Shown in pieces: positions 16,974 through 26,598 of a DNA stretch of 32,000 nt. The notes under the pieces were generated by a model. It did no database searches, was not told the origin of the DNA, and saw nothing but the letters and a program-made list of their open reading frames with translations. The stretch spans positions 1,980,001 through 2,012,000 of the forward strand of contig CP149973.1 in the NCBI GenBank assembly GCA_029269845.2, given 5' to 3'. Position numbers and translations under genes: made by a program. The DNA comes from Opitutia bacterium KCR 482 (GTDB lineage Bacteria; Verrucomicrobiota; Verrucomicrobiia; Opitutales; Intestinicryptomonadaceae). How positions within the stretch are numbered: the stretch's first letter is position 1; every line of letters begins with the position of its first letter.

Positions 16974-18269
16974 TCAGAGAATTTCCCAATGCCCGCCTTT
17001 GTCCGCTCCGACACGTTTTATTTTATTTTTGGCTTTTAACTCTCGTATGTGTTTTTCAATAGTAGAAGACCCTAATTGTAAAATTGAGGCAATTTCTCCC
17101 GTCGTTATGTCGGGATTTTCGCCCATCAATTTTAGGATTTTCTCCTTGCTTTTCTCCTTACCTTTCTCCTTACCTTTCTCCTTACCTTTTATCTGGTCGA
17201 AAGTGAAAGAGACTCGCAAATAATGGTCTGTAAATTCAAAGATTGACCTGTCATACTTTCTCATAATGCGGGTCATACCCGATCCCAAGTGTTCCACATA
17301 ACCCAGATCTTTGAAGATTCTCATCAGTTCCCGATTTCTGGGCTTTGATATTCCCCCGAAAAATTCTTCCCTACTAAGGCCGTCAATTAGTCCGCCGTAG
17401 GAAGTTATGACAAATTTGTCCGAGAATATTTCAAAAAGAGGAGTATCCTCCGAGGAGTAGTCGTTGTGGACAAAGGCGTTTATTATGGCCTCTCTTAACG
17501 CCACCTTATCAACCAACGGGCTGTCGATTCGTTGTCCAGAAGTAATCTCCGATCTTGTAATATTTTCCAGTTCAAACTTATCCAAAACGCTTTGAACGGA
17601 TTTTATAAGCGAACAATATCCGTATTCCTCGTTTTCACGCAAGTCGGCTTTGTCTTCGCCCCAATATTTGGCAACCCTAATTGAAGCCGAATTTTCGTCA
17701 GCCAATAGGAACGCGTCGTAATTAAATTTGCCCGACCCCGTCAGCAAATCCAGTGTTTTCGGGAAATTATCGTTTAGAGGCATCCCGCGTTCCTCATAGC
17801 AGATTTTCAACTGGCGAAAAGTCAAATCCTGCCGTTTGGATTCGATGTTTGCGATGGATTTTCTTACGCGCCTTATAAACAAATCCTCTATCATCGACTT
17901 CGTCATGGGGTGCGAAGAACTTCCTATTCTTATGAAACACCCGCTCTCCGACATTCCCTTGCGCTTTATGTAATACGGTTTTTCGACGCCGCTTGCCAAT
18001 GTTATTTTCAAAACGGTTTTTCCGGAAATTTCCTCGCACGCAATATCGAACAGCCCCATTGCGCTTGGAGAAATATTCGACATTAGTCTGTCTTTTATCT
18101 TCAACTGAACCTCGTCGCAATTATCGACACCGACGGCATTTCCGTTTTTGTCGATACCCACATAAACTACGCCGCCCTCATTGTAGTTCAAAAACGCGAC
18201 TATTTCCTTCTCGAAGTCGTCCGTTAGGCGTTCTTTAAATTCAACTCTGCTATTTTCGACCAAATCCAT
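16974..18269 (-). CDS. Schlafen/AlbA_2 - HATPase_c_4 - winged-HTH protein (accessory)
   Basis: N-terminal ENSRVEFKERL...VVYVGIDKNGNAVGV...KPYYIKRKG (AlbA_2/divergent AAA_4). Central REAIINAFVHNDYS...FVITSYGGL (HATPase_c_4). C-terminal ITTGEIASILQLGSSTIEKHIRELK (wHTH). Opposite strand to all neighbouring genes. Confidence 0.75.
   Translation of the reverse strand: MDLVENSRVEFKERLTDDFEKEIVAFLNYNEGGVVYVGIDKNGNAVGVDNCDEVQLKIKDRLMSNISPSAMGLFDIACEEISGKTVLKITLASGVEKPYYIKRKGMSESGCFIRIGSSSHPMTKSMIEDLFIRRVRKSIANIESKRQDLTFRQLKICYEERGMPLNDNFPKTLDLLTGSGKFNYDAFLLADENSASIRVAKYWGEDKADLRENEEYGYCSLIKSVQSVLDKFELENITRSEITSGQRIDSPLVDKVALREAIINAFVHNDYSSEDTPLFEIFSDKFVITSYGGLIDGLSREEFFGGISKPRNRELMRIFKDLGYVEHLGSGMTRIMRKYDRSIFEFTDHYLRVSFTFDQIKGKEKGKEKGKEKSKEKILKLMGENPDITTGEIASILQLGSSTIEKHIRELKAKNKIKRVGADKGGHWEIL
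17139..17190 (-). repeat. in-frame 12-nt tandem repeat encoding (KGKE)n linker
   Basis: cttttctcctta / cctttctcctta / cctttctcctta (17149-17184) plus degenerate flanks. On the minus strand it encodes KGKEKGKEKGKEKSKEK, between the HATPase_c_4 and wHTH parts. Confidence 0.8.
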
Positions 18270-18309
18270 TATACATATTAGAGTGAATGTATTTTAATAA
18301 ATCAAGATT

Positions 18310-18332
18310 TTTGACACCCGCCGTTTAGTATG
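18310..18332 (+). promoter_or_regulatory. module-start element copy 6 (TTTGACA-N13-ATG)
   Basis: tttgacacccgccgtttagtATG. The ATG at 18330 is the ORF start. acccgc (18316-21) and gcgggt (18332-37) are complementary. Confidence 0.5.
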
Positions 18333-19019
18333 CGGGTAAGATTGCAGAACGGCGAGGTATGTTTTTTGCGGGATTCGGGCGAGCGGATTGTTTCGGCGGA
18401 TTCGGTCGCGACGTGCTCCGCCACTTGGTTTTGCTATCCGTGTTCGGCGGCGCTTGCGCATTGCCCGATTGTAAACAAGTCTCCGCACCCGATTTGGTCG
18501 GATTTGTATTGCAAGTCGGTAGGCATTAAGCGGCACGGCGAAGGCGCGATAATCACCGCCCAATACGAGGGTTCGGAATTCGTCTGGGATTCGGACAGGG
18601 ATTCCTCCGAAAACACCGTCGAAGTCTCCTGCACGATGCGCGAAGAGCCGATAGAAAGCCACCCCGATTTCGAGAGATGGGCGGGAAGTCCCGACAAGCC
18701 CAACTGCGGAATATTCGACGACGACGGCAAATTCGTCGGCTGGAATTCCAAAACTCAGGGTGGCAAAATAATGGCGGGTGTTAAAAGCTACCTCGTGCCG
18801 TCGTATTCGGCGGCGGTAGGCTACATTTCAAGGGGAATTCCGAGCCTCGGCGGAATCGGCTCAATCGGCGGCGGCAGCGGACTGCCCACAGTCGGCGGAA
18901 ACCGCCAGTGGATGTGCACGGGAATTTCCTACAACAAAATGGCGGACGGCAAATACAAAGTCTCCATCACCTACCTTTTGAGCGGCCCGAACGGCTGGAA
19001 TAAATACATATACAAATGA
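18330..19019 (+). CDS. hypothetical tail protein
   Basis: 229 aa, with an ATGA overlap to the collagen-like fibre gene. Positional inference. Confidence 0.35.
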   Translation: MRVRLQNGEVCFLRDSGERIVSADSVATCSATWFCYPCSAALAHCPIVNKSPHPIWSDLYCKSVGIKRHGEGAIITAQYEGSEFVWDSDRDSSENTVEVSCTMREEPIESHPDFERWAGSPDKPNCGIFDDDGKFVGWNSKTQGGKIMAGVKSYLVPSYSAAVGYISRGIPSLGGIGSIGGGSGLPTVGGNRQWMCTGISYNKMADGKYKVSITYLLSGPNGWNKYIYK

Positions 19020-20749
19020 TTAACGATTTGGGAAACCAGAAACTGCCGCGATTCCGCGCGGGGTTGCCGCTACTTGAACAGGTAACGGCGGAACGGCTAA
19101 ACGACATCTGCGCAATGATAGAAGCCTCGCGCCTGCAAAACGGCGTGGGATACACAATGAACAGAAGCGCAGGCGGAACTACGCTTACGATTCTCGATAC
19201 GCTGATAACGAAAAATTCCAAGGCGTGGCGAATCTCCTTCGGCGATGAATTTTCCGAAATGGAAAAGTCGATGCTCGCAGTCTACATTGCAAAAGACACC
19301 GAGGAATTGCGCGACATCAAGTTTCCCGATTCGGCGACAATCCGTTCCAATATCGAAAACGCCTTCAAAACTTTCCAGAAAACGCCCAAAAGCGGCGATG
19401 TCATCTGGAACGAAACCGACGGATTGCGCTATCTTGTCTTCTCAGAAAAGATTTTGAATGACTGCGGCGGCGCGGTCGAAAAGAATTTTTACTGCATAAA
19501 GTTTTCTGTCGGCGAAAAAGAAAACGTAAAAACTTTCTACGCGCTTTACGTCGGCGAACACCCGCAACAACCTGCGGGAAGAACGCCTAGCCAGCCCATT
19601 GCAGGCCCTGCGGGCAGAGACGGGAAAGACGGCAAGGACGGCGAAAAGGGAGAAAAAGGCGACAAGGGGGACAAAGGAGACCGAGGCGAAAAAGGCGAGA
19701 AAGGCGAAACTGGGGATAAAATCGTCGAAAAGATTGTCGATAGCGGCGCGTATGACGATACCGAAATCCGCAACCAACTCGCAAACCTAAAAGCCCTTTG
19801 GGACGAGCACAACGCGCTAATCGCCGAACTCAACACCCTCACTAACGACGAACTCTACAAACGCCAACAGCTCGAAAAACGCGTCGGCGAAATCGAATCG
19901 CAAATAAAGGCGATTGTGGAATCTTTAAAAGCCCTCGCCAATGCCGACGAAAGCATAAAGGCGCAGATTTCGCAGCTGTGGGCTGCAATCAACAACCTGC
20001 CCAAGGGCGAGAAAGGAGACCAAGGCCCGGTCGGTCCGCAAGGCCCTCAGGGGATTCAGGGGGAACGCGGAGAGAAAGGCGAAAAAGGCGATACCGGACC
20101 TATGGGTCCGCAAGGTCCTGCGGGAGGCGGCGGCGGAACGCAAGGCCCGCAGGGTCCGAAAGGCGACAAGGGAGACAAAGGGGATAAGGGCGATACGGGC
20201 GCACAAGGTCCGATGGGGCCTCAGGGACCGCGCGGCGAAAAGGGAGATTCCGCCGACACTTCCGCGCTTGCCTCGGCGGTCGCATCTCTCGAATCGCGAA
20301 TGGGCAACATCGAAAGCAGAATGTCCTCCGCAGAGTCGATTATGGCATCTATGCGCCAGAACGTAGACTATGTGAAGCGCACGATTGATTCCGCCGTAAA
20401 CGTCGCCGTGATGGACGCAAACGGCAATCTCGCAACCCTCAAAGTTTTGCAGCACATCGACGGCGGCAACATTATGACCGACATTTACTATTTCGACCCG
20501 TCGACGAATATGATGAGCAAAACGCAGGTGTTTTCGACGGGGTCAAGGCAGGTCGATACGGGTTGGAAGCCGACGAATATCCAGTTTGTGCTCCCCAACG
20601 GCGAAAGCGCGGAAATCACGATTCTTGCCGACCAGAACACGCTAAACAATCTGGGAGCGGCGTTCTATTCCGAACCCTGCGAGGTTTGCGACGGCGGCTC
20701 TTCGACCGTAAAATACTTCCTTGTGAAGTCGGGGGAAGGTGGCGAATGA
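19016..20749 (+). CDS. collagen-like repeat tail fibre protein
   Basis: Two uninterrupted G-X-Y blocks (nt 19604-19717 and 20006-20251) separated by a predicted coiled coil, followed by a non-repetitive C-terminal domain. Confidence 0.8.
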   Translation: MINDLGNQKLPRFRAGLPLLEQVTAERLNDICAMIEASRLQNGVGYTMNRSAGGTTLTILDTLITKNSKAWRISFGDEFSEMEKSMLAVYIAKDTEELRDIKFPDSATIRSNIENAFKTFQKTPKSGDVIWNETDGLRYLVFSEKILNDCGGAVEKNFYCIKFSVGEKENVKTFYALYVGEHPQQPAGRTPSQPIAGPAGRDGKDGKDGEKGEKGDKGDKGDRGEKGEKGETGDKIVEKIVDSGAYDDTEIRNQLANLKALWDEHNALIAELNTLTNDELYKRQQLEKRVGEIESQIKAIVESLKALANADESIKAQISQLWAAINNLPKGEKGDQGPVGPQGPQGIQGERGEKGEKGDTGPMGPQGPAGGGGGTQGPQGPKGDKGDKGDKGDTGAQGPMGPQGPRGEKGDSADTSALASAVASLESRMGNIESRMSSAESIMASMRQNVDYVKRTIDSAVNVAVMDANGNLATLKVLQHIDGGNIMTDIYYFDPSTNMMSKTQVFSTGSRQVDTGWKPTNIQFVLPNGESAEITILADQNTLNNLGAAFYSEPCEVCDGGSSTVKYFLVKSGEGGE

Positions 20750-21084
20750 TTCGGCTGAAATCAAAATGCGGCGACGACTGTTCGCAATGCGAGCCGAGCG
20801 TAATTGCAACTTATACCACAAACGGCGACAATCCGATGTGGGATTTGACGCCGTATCAGGGCGACGGCGTCGGTAAGCCCAACGCGCTTTGGCGTTTGTA
20901 TGAGCTAAGCGGTGGTGTTGAATACAATCGCGGGCGCATCGACGAAAACGGTAAACTTGAGGGATTGCCGAGCCAGTTTAAATCCAACTACACCTACGAC
21001 GGCTATATGGAGCTTCAACAGGGCTGCCCCGATGTCTGTTGCGACGACCTCTGGTGCGGCAACATCAAATGGCCCGAAAGTTAA
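20746..21084 (+). CDS. hypothetical Cys-rich small protein
   Basis: The ATG at 20746 (ATGA overlap) is in frame with track ORF 20563..21084. Nine Cys, including CGDDCSQC and [11 protein letters not shown]. Confidence 0.4.
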   Translation: MIRLKSKCGDDCSQCEPSVIATYTTNGDNPMWDLTPYQGDGVGKPNALWRLYELSGGVEYNRGRIDENGKLEGLPSQFKSNYTYDGYMELQQGCPDVCCDDLWCGNIKWPES

Positions 21085-21087
21085 TTT

Positions 21088-22035
21088 ATGTTTGAATTCG
21101 ATAAAGGGATAAATTCGCATATGCCGTTTGTGGCTCGCGGCGCGCCGCCCGACTATGCGCCGAAGGCTTTTTGCTGTCTTAAAATCGGCGGCAAGTGGAA
21201 GCTTCACCACTATGAAAACGGCGAATGGAAGCGCGTTTACACAGGGCTTCCCGAAGACGCCACGGAGTGTTCGCCCACTGCCGAACTTGTAGACGGTAGA
21301 TGGAGAATTTCGTTCATAGCGGGCGGGCACGAAAGCGACAGGCGTTTTTATCTCTACAAGATTGACGGAATCGACAACGTTCCCGAAAGGGTTGTCGCCG
21401 CAGATGTAGGCTTTGTTTTCAAGAACCGCATTGTCTACGGCGGGCGTTCTGGCGGGCTTTACATTGTAAACGGCGAGCGTATTCAAAAGCTGGGTTTCCC
21501 CGACGCCGAATACCTCTACCGCGTTTCATACAATCCCGACAACCCGAGCGAGTGGCTGATTTCGGGGCAGACGAAATCGGGTGGGACTTTTTCGCGCGTT
21601 TGCAATGTCTTCGCGGGAACGTTGCAAGACCTTTGCGTAAACGGCAAGCCTGCCTACAAAGCGGCGTTGTTTAACGGCAGATGCTTTTACGCCGAACGCG
21701 GCAAAAACGGCTTTGAAGACAGGCGCATTGTGGAGGCTGCGGATTTTACCAGAACCGATTTGGAGTTTGAAAAATCGGCAATTTTGGAAACTTTGGATAC
21801 TTTGCCTACAACATTTCAAATGGTGGGGAAGTTTACAAAGGCAACCTACAACTGGGCAAAATCGGGCTTCAAACTTGCCGACGAAGCCGAATTAACAAGA
21901 AGAAAATCGATCTGCAATAAGTGCAACTTCTGGTATCCCGCCGCCCGAATGGGACTCGGCAAATGCCTAAAATGCGGCTGCTCCTCCGCAAAATTCAAAT
22001 TGGCTTCCGAAAAATGCCCAATCGGTAGGTGGTAG
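21088..22035 (+). CDS. hypothetical protein with C-terminal zinc-ribbon-like Cys cluster
   Basis: 315 aa. C-terminal CNKCNFW...GKCLKCGCSS...KCPIGRW. Confidence 0.4.
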   Translation: MFEFDKGINSHMPFVARGAPPDYAPKAFCCLKIGGKWKLHHYENGEWKRVYTGLPEDATECSPTAELVDGRWRISFIAGGHESDRRFYLYKIDGIDNVPERVVAADVGFVFKNRIVYGGRSGGLYIVNGERIQKLGFPDAEYLYRVSYNPDNPSEWLISGQTKSGGTFSRVCNVFAGTLQDLCVNGKPAYKAALFNGRCFYAERGKNGFEDRRIVEAADFTRTDLEFEKSAILETLDTLPTTFQMVGKFTKATYNWAKSGFKLADEAELTRRKSICNKCNFWYPAARMGLGKCLKCGCSSAKFKLASEKCPIGRW

Positions 22036-22038
22036 GTT

Positions 22039-22062
22039 AAAGACTGCAATTTTTGTCTTTTA
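22039..22062. terminator. weak hairpin between convergent genes
   Basis: aaagac-N10-gtcttt between the + gene ending at 22035 and the - gene ending at 22094. Short stem only. Confidence 0.25.
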
Positions 22063-22093
22063 TAGCGTTTTATAATAAAACTAGCAACTTGAA

Positions 22094-22858
22094 TTATTGA
22101 TATAAATCGGTAAAAATGCCCTTTAGCCCGACAGGATTTACCGAGATGATTTTCGTGTCAGGATAATACGTTTCGGCAAATTTTTTTAACATTATCCAGT
22201 TGCCGATTAGTTTGTTCATTGAAGTTGTCGACTTTGTTTTATCGAAATATCCCGAAGAGCAATCGCAGCCTACAAGATAAATCTTGTCTGGGTTTGTCCA
22301 AAGAATAAATTGCATGGCCGAGAAACTTACCGAATTAAAATCTCCCAACATTGTAGATGAAATATCATATGCAAATTGATGAGGTTTACATATTTCGTCA
22401 GTAAAGTAGCGGCTGGCTTTTAATTTTAACGCTAAAGATTCGGGGATAATCAGATTTGATTGCGGAAGAACGCCAATGAACTTTTTTATGTGCGAGTATT
22501 TTTCTTCTAAGAGGTAGCAAATATAGTCTTTTGAATTAAAATCTTGAATAAAAAGATAATCCAAATTCAATTTATCAAATAAGAATGACTTATTTACTCC
22601 AACATTAACTACATTTGGTATTTGCTTATACTGCGATAGGGTTGGCCCAGTAGCAATTAGTGCAACTGACTTGCCTTCATTAATATTTTTATATTTATCA
22701 AAAGAATGTGAATGAATTTTTGCCACACTATTTGCCAGCATGGTGGCTCTAATTGCCAGCCTGTAGTCGGATTTATCGAAAACTCTTTTATGAAATTTGA
22801 TTCCCATAAAATTGTAAGTTTTATGGACTCCGTCTTCTGAAATTTTAAATAGTTTCAT
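22094..22858 (-). CDS. DUF115 / sialyltransferase-like glycosyltransferase
   Basis: VALIATGPTLSQY (compare the IAGNGPSL box of GT42/DUF115 proteins) and IYLVGCDCS (compare IYLxGxD). AT-rich. Confidence 0.45.
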   Translation of the reverse strand: MKLFKISEDGVHKTYNFMGIKFHKRVFDKSDYRLAIRATMLANSVAKIHSHSFDKYKNINEGKSVALIATGPTLSQYKQIPNVVNVGVNKSFLFDKLNLDYLFIQDFNSKDYICYLLEEKYSHIKKFIGVLPQSNLIIPESLALKLKASRYFTDEICKPHQFAYDISSTMLGDFNSVSFSAMQFILWTNPDKIYLVGCDCSSGYFDKTKSTTSMNKLIGNWIMLKKFAETYYPDTKIISVNPVGLKGIFTDLYQ

Positions 22859-23630
22859 TTGTCAAAAGGATTTCAAAAAAGTTGCCAAATTTTGTGCCCC
22901 AACTTGGAGTTTTTATATCTGATGTTAGCATGGCAAATAACTTTTCGTTATTTAGCGGGTTCATTTTAGCGTCTCTCATATTTTTCCATTTACTGGAAAC
23001 GCTTACGATTTTTTCGGATGTATTTTTCAAGTCCTTAAAAAACGGAGGGTGTAGTGCTAAAAAAACTGTATAATCCGAAAGATTTTTCAAATCGTCTAAA
23101 ATAAGTTCTTCAGCGCCTTCAATGTCTATTTTTATTATTAATTTTTTCCCGAATAGGTTTTTGTTTTTAATAAAGGAGGAGAGTTTTGTTGATGGAATTT
23201 TCCAATCGTGCCCTCTAATACTCGACGCAGAAGATGTGCCGTTTTTTATTTTCCCTCCAAAATCTACTATACCGCCGTCTACATTTGTAACGCATAAATT
23301 ACTTAAATCTGCAGAAAGCGTGCTTTTATTGTATGCGCAATTCTGTTTTACGATAGCAAAAGATTCGGGGTTTGCTTCAATCCCATATATTTGTTTGTAT
23401 CCCAATTCTGCGGCAAAAAATATTGTCATGCCAACCCATGTTCCGACATCTATATAAACGGCGTCTGGAGAAACAAACTGTTTAAAAATATTGTAAGTTT
23501 GAGGTTCCCATCCCGTTTTGTCGTATTCATTCCAAAACCAATGATTTTGCACTTTGAAATATGTTTTATTTATTTCAATAAAGCGCGTTTGTGTGTATTT
23601 CTTTGAATTAAACCAAGTTAGTTTTAACAT
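22845..23630 (-). CDS. FkbM-family methyltransferase
   Basis: VYIDVGTWVGMTIFFAAELGYKQIYGIEANPESF matches the FkbM motif (DVGAnxG...EP.P). Confidence 0.65.
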   Translation of the reverse strand: MLKLTWFNSKKYTQTRFIEINKTYFKVQNHWFWNEYDKTGWEPQTYNIFKQFVSPDAVYIDVGTWVGMTIFFAAELGYKQIYGIEANPESFAIVKQNCAYNKSTLSADLSNLCVTNVDGGIVDFGGKIKNGTSSASSIRGHDWKIPSTKLSSFIKNKNLFGKKLIIKIDIEGAEELILDDLKNLSDYTVFLALHPPFFKDLKNTSEKIVSVSSKWKNMRDAKMNPLNNEKLFAMLTSDIKTPSWGTKFGNFFEILLTNETI

Positions 23631-23634
23631 ATTT

Positions 23635-24741
23635 TTAATATTTTAACTTTTTGCCGAACAGGCGGTTGAAAAAGGAAAGAGATTTTTTTCTTTCGTTCTG
23701 CCAATGTAGATCATATAGATCCTTGTATAAAAATCGCTTTGCCTCTGCAAACTTATCCGAATCAGTCCTGAGAACTTCTTCGCCTTTTAAAACACGTTGA
23801 TAGAAATCAACATGATGGCAAACAAGATTTTCTTCGTTATAGTATTTCGTTATCCAATCCCTTGAAAAATTTCCTATGTCGGATAATAAATTTTTGTTTT
23901 TCAATAAATTTTTTAAAACAATTTCTATGTCGTTTATGGACGTGTTTACGAATGGGCAATCGTTGCATTTGAAGTAGGAGATAAAGTTCTGCATAGAACG
24001 ACCGTCAAGAAAACAGAAAACTACTTTCCCTTGCGAAAGGCCTTCAAATTCCGTAAGGTGAAATGAACCCGTTACAATATCGCCAATAAGGATATCGGCT
24101 TCTCTTCGAATTTTAATCGCTTCGTTATAGGGTATTCCGAAAATTTCCACATATTTAAAACCCAATTTTGTTGATAACTTTTTTAGCTTGGAGGAAACCT
24201 CGGGATATCCTTTTGTGTCCCATCTACGTTCAAATCTTTTCCGTTTTGTAGATGCAGAAAATGCAACTATTGGAATTTCATTCCATGTCTTTTTCGGGGA
24301 TAATTCTTCGGATTGTGTCGGAATAATGTTTGGCAGAATTTCGACATCTAAAAAAGATCTTTCGGGATAGTGTGGAATGACTGCCCGTGCATTAAACCCC
24401 TTTAAACATGGATTCGAAAGGCCATATACAAAGCGATTCGAATGAAAGTGCTGTATGAATTTACAAGAAGGTTTGGCGAGTTCTTTTAGGCTTATGCCAA
24501 ACTTATTGTTTACCAAATCCATTGGGTGATGACATACAATTATATCTGCTGCGGAAATTAACGAAAGAGCAATGTTCTTGTCTTGCTGCCAAATTAAATC
24601 TTCGGGGAAAACTCTGGAATTATAGGCGTTTGGATTCAAATTAATTAAACGAGCTTTCACATTTGTAAAAGCGTTTAACGCATTTACAATTCTTATAGGA
24701 GCGCCCGCCAATGGTGTATATGTTAAATGAACAACCAACAT
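23635..24741 (-). CDS. putative glycosyltransferase (GT-B-like)
   Basis: 368 aa within the glycan gene cluster. The N-terminus (LVVHLTYTPLAGAPIRIVNAL) is typical of GT-B N-domains. Weak call. Confidence 0.35.
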   Translation of the reverse strand: MLVVHLTYTPLAGAPIRIVNALNAFTNVKARLINLNPNAYNSRVFPEDLIWQQDKNIALSLISAADIIVCHHPMDLVNNKFGISLKELAKPSCKFIQHFHSNRFVYGLSNPCLKGFNARAVIPHYPERSFLDVEILPNIIPTQSEELSPKKTWNEIPIVAFSASTKRKRFERRWDTKGYPEVSSKLKKLSTKLGFKYVEIFGIPYNEAIKIRREADILIGDIVTGSFHLTEFEGLSQGKVVFCFLDGRSMQNFISYFKCNDCPFVNTSINDIEIVLKNLLKNKNLLSDIGNFSRDWITKYYNEENLVCHHVDFYQRVLKGEEVLRTDSDKFAEAKRFLYKDLYDLHWQNERKKSLSFFNRLFGKKLKY

Positions 24742-25577
24742 TATACAAAGTCTTTCACAAATATATTTCTGATAAGAAAGTTATATATTTTTTGTGGGGT
24801 ATGCAAAGAGTTCACAGTATACAACGACAATGATTCATATTTATACCACAGAATTTTTACTCGATTTAGTGTAAACTTCCGCCATGGTTTACTCGGTCCG
24901 ACGTAGTGGATAATTTTTGCCGAGGGGACTTTTTCGGGAAAGGCCTTTTGGTGGGCGCGTTTGAAATTATAGATACAGTCAAGTTCCTTAATTTTGCCGT
25001 TGAAGGTTACGTTGATTGTGTCTTGGTCTTGGTATTTGAAATTGTTTTCGGCGGTGAGTTTGAAGAGTTTTTCGGCGATGTCGGTTTTGCGCATTTCGTC
25101 GAGGTTGAAGAGAATCACCCCAGCGTTTATATACAGCCCGTCAAGCCCGAGTGTCTTTTTATAGCCGACGCTTTCTATGTAGATGTCGCTTACGCCCGCG
25201 CAGTAATAGTTTGTTAAATCGGTATCGAAGAGTTCGCAAATGTCGCCGTTTACGATTGTGTCGCCGTCCAGATACAAAACACGGGAAATATTAGGCAAAA
25301 CTTCGGCTATCATATAGCGGAAGTATGTCTCCCTTGTGATATGCCCGATTGTCAGTCCGAACTTTTCAAAGCGCGAATCGTCTATTTTGTGGAATTGGAT
25401 TTTCGCGTTTTTATAGCGCGTTTCAAACATCTTCAGGCGCGCGGTTGTAGCTTCGCTTAAATCCGAATGTAATATGTGGACAACCACATTGCGCGAAGCG
25501 TTGTTTTCCAAAAGCGACACAATGGAAACCGCCATGTACGGCGCAAAACTTTCATTCGTGGCGTAGCAAATGTCCAT
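24741..25577 (-). CDS. family 8 glycosyltransferase (LgtC/RfaJ-like)
   Basis: ICYATNESFAPYMAVSIVSL, DxD at YLDGDTIV, GVILFNL and HYVGPSKPW are GT8 hallmarks. Start set at the ATG at 25577 (MDICY), 1 nt after the upstream stop, with GGGGGA upstream. Confidence 0.8.
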   Translation of the reverse strand: MDICYATNESFAPYMAVSIVSLLENNASRNVVVHILHSDLSEATTARLKMFETRYKNAKIQFHKIDDSRFEKFGLTIGHITRETYFRYMIAEVLPNISRVLYLDGDTIVNGDICELFDTDLTNYYCAGVSDIYIESVGYKKTLGLDGLYINAGVILFNLDEMRKTDIAEKLFKLTAENNFKYQDQDTINVTFNGKIKELDCIYNFKRAHQKAFPEKVPSAKIIHYVGPSKPWRKFTLNRVKILWYKYESLSLYTVNSLHTPQKIYNFLIRNIFVKDFV

Positions 25578-25578
25578 T

Positions 25579-26394
25579 CTATTTCCCCCTGCATATTGAG
25601 GATATTGCGTATCTGAACTTGTAAACCAGACGAGCGAACGGATAGTGATATTGTTTCTTGCGTGAAATTCCCGAGGGAGTATCGGCAAGTTCGCAACATG
25701 GCGGCAGCAGACCTTGCACATCGAGTTTGGTTTCCCAAGTGTATTGCAGATCTACGTCTATCGGACGGAAAAAGCGCGACCGCTTTTCAAGAAATTCCTT
25801 TGCGCCGTCTTTCGTGATTGCGTATGCCTGTGTTCCCGCCGGCGGTTTTTTCCATCGAACAAGTTCAAATGCAATCGGAACGGTTATGCTTTTTGAAGTT
25901 TTTGTTATCTTGGGCGCATTTGGCGGATTGTCCGACGTCCAATTTTCTATATCACAAGTTGCGGGAATTTCAAAAGCGACGGGTTTGCTTGAAACTATCT
26001 TCTTCCTCTTAAACGGCGCAATTAGTTTGATGTAATTCCAATTCGTGATTGAATCCAGTGCGTGCGGAACAAGGGCGAAAGAATCCTTCAAAATAATATC
26101 GTCTTCAAGTATAATTACGTAGTCGAGGTTTTCGGAGAGGATTTTTTCGCAAACCCTCAAATGGCTGATATAACAGGCTATTTCCGACCTGCTTAAGTCT
26201 ACATAATATTTGCGCCTGTTGAGTTCCGCCGAGTAATAATGGCGCAAAAGCTCGTCGGATATTTCGCGGCCGTCGACCGCCGAGAAGCGCTCATAGGGTA
26301 GCCCCAACTTTTCAAGTTGCGCACGCATGGCGCACCACCTCGACACATCCCTATCGAGATTGATTACGAATATCTTATATTTCATATGCTCCAT
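25579..26394 (-). CDS. family 25 glycosyltransferase (LOS/LPS beta-glycosyltransferase-like)
   Basis: KIFVINLDRDVSRWCAMRAQLEKLGLPYERFSAVDG and EIACYISHLRVCEKIL...YVIILEDDI match GT25. The start is ambiguous (ATG 26394 or 26385; the track uses GTG 26418). Confidence 0.8.
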   Translation of the reverse strand: MEHMKYKIFVINLDRDVSRWCAMRAQLEKLGLPYERFSAVDGREISDELLRHYYSAELNRRKYYVDLSRSEIACYISHLRVCEKILSENLDYVIILEDDIILKDSFALVPHALDSITNWNYIKLIAPFKRKKIVSSKPVAFEIPATCDIENWTSDNPPNAPKITKTSKSITVPIAFELVRWKKPPAGTQAYAITKDGAKEFLEKRSRFFRPIDVDLQYTWETKLDVQGLLPPCCELADTPSGISRKKQYHYPFARLVYKFRYAISSICRGK

Positions 26395-26442
26395 TTGTTG
26401 CCGTTGGGGTACAAACACACTTTTCCCACAACAACGAGCGTA

Positions 26443-26458
26443 GTATTAAGAATACGAT
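26443..26458. repeat. inverted copy of the integrase-proximal palindrome
   Basis: gtattaagaatacgat is the exact reverse complement of atcgtattcttaatac at 26605-26620. Confidence 0.7.
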
Positions 26459-26598
26459 ACCAGACAAATATTCTTCAAGTGCCTAAAATATAAATTGATG
26501 TGTAAATATGAACGAAGATATTTTGATAAAATCTTGAAAAATCCACCAATTGAATCCCGCCTTTTATATTTTTATTTCACGTGTTTGAAAAATAAAAA

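Noticed and set aside
17139-17190. Short direct repeats that could be mistaken for a CRISPR-like or regulatory array
   Set aside because: The units are 12 nt, contiguous with no spacers, and lie in frame inside a coding sequence.
19442-20455. Minus-strand and alternative-frame ORFs across the collagen-like gene (for example 19546..19842, 19925..20455, 19978..20187)
   Set aside because: These are artefacts of the G-X-Y triplet repeat. The other frames read as Pro/Ser/Arg-rich strings with no independent support.
24741-25721. Track start (25721) for the GT8 gene and GTG 26418 for the GT25 gene
   Set aside because: The GT8 extension overlaps 143 nt of the GT25 gene and is Cys/Arg-rich. The ATG at 25577 (MDICYATN) begins exactly where GT8 homology starts. 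For GT25 the ATGs at 26394 and 26385 precede the conserved KIFVINL block.
26550-26561. ttgaatcccgcc resembling the T-loop and 3' T-stem of a tRNA (possible attP core derived from a tRNA gene)
   Set aside because: It lacks the conserved C of TTCGAAT and has no complementary 5' T-stem. The following 7 nt (ttttata) make an implausible acceptor arm. It is too short to call without a host attB comparison.
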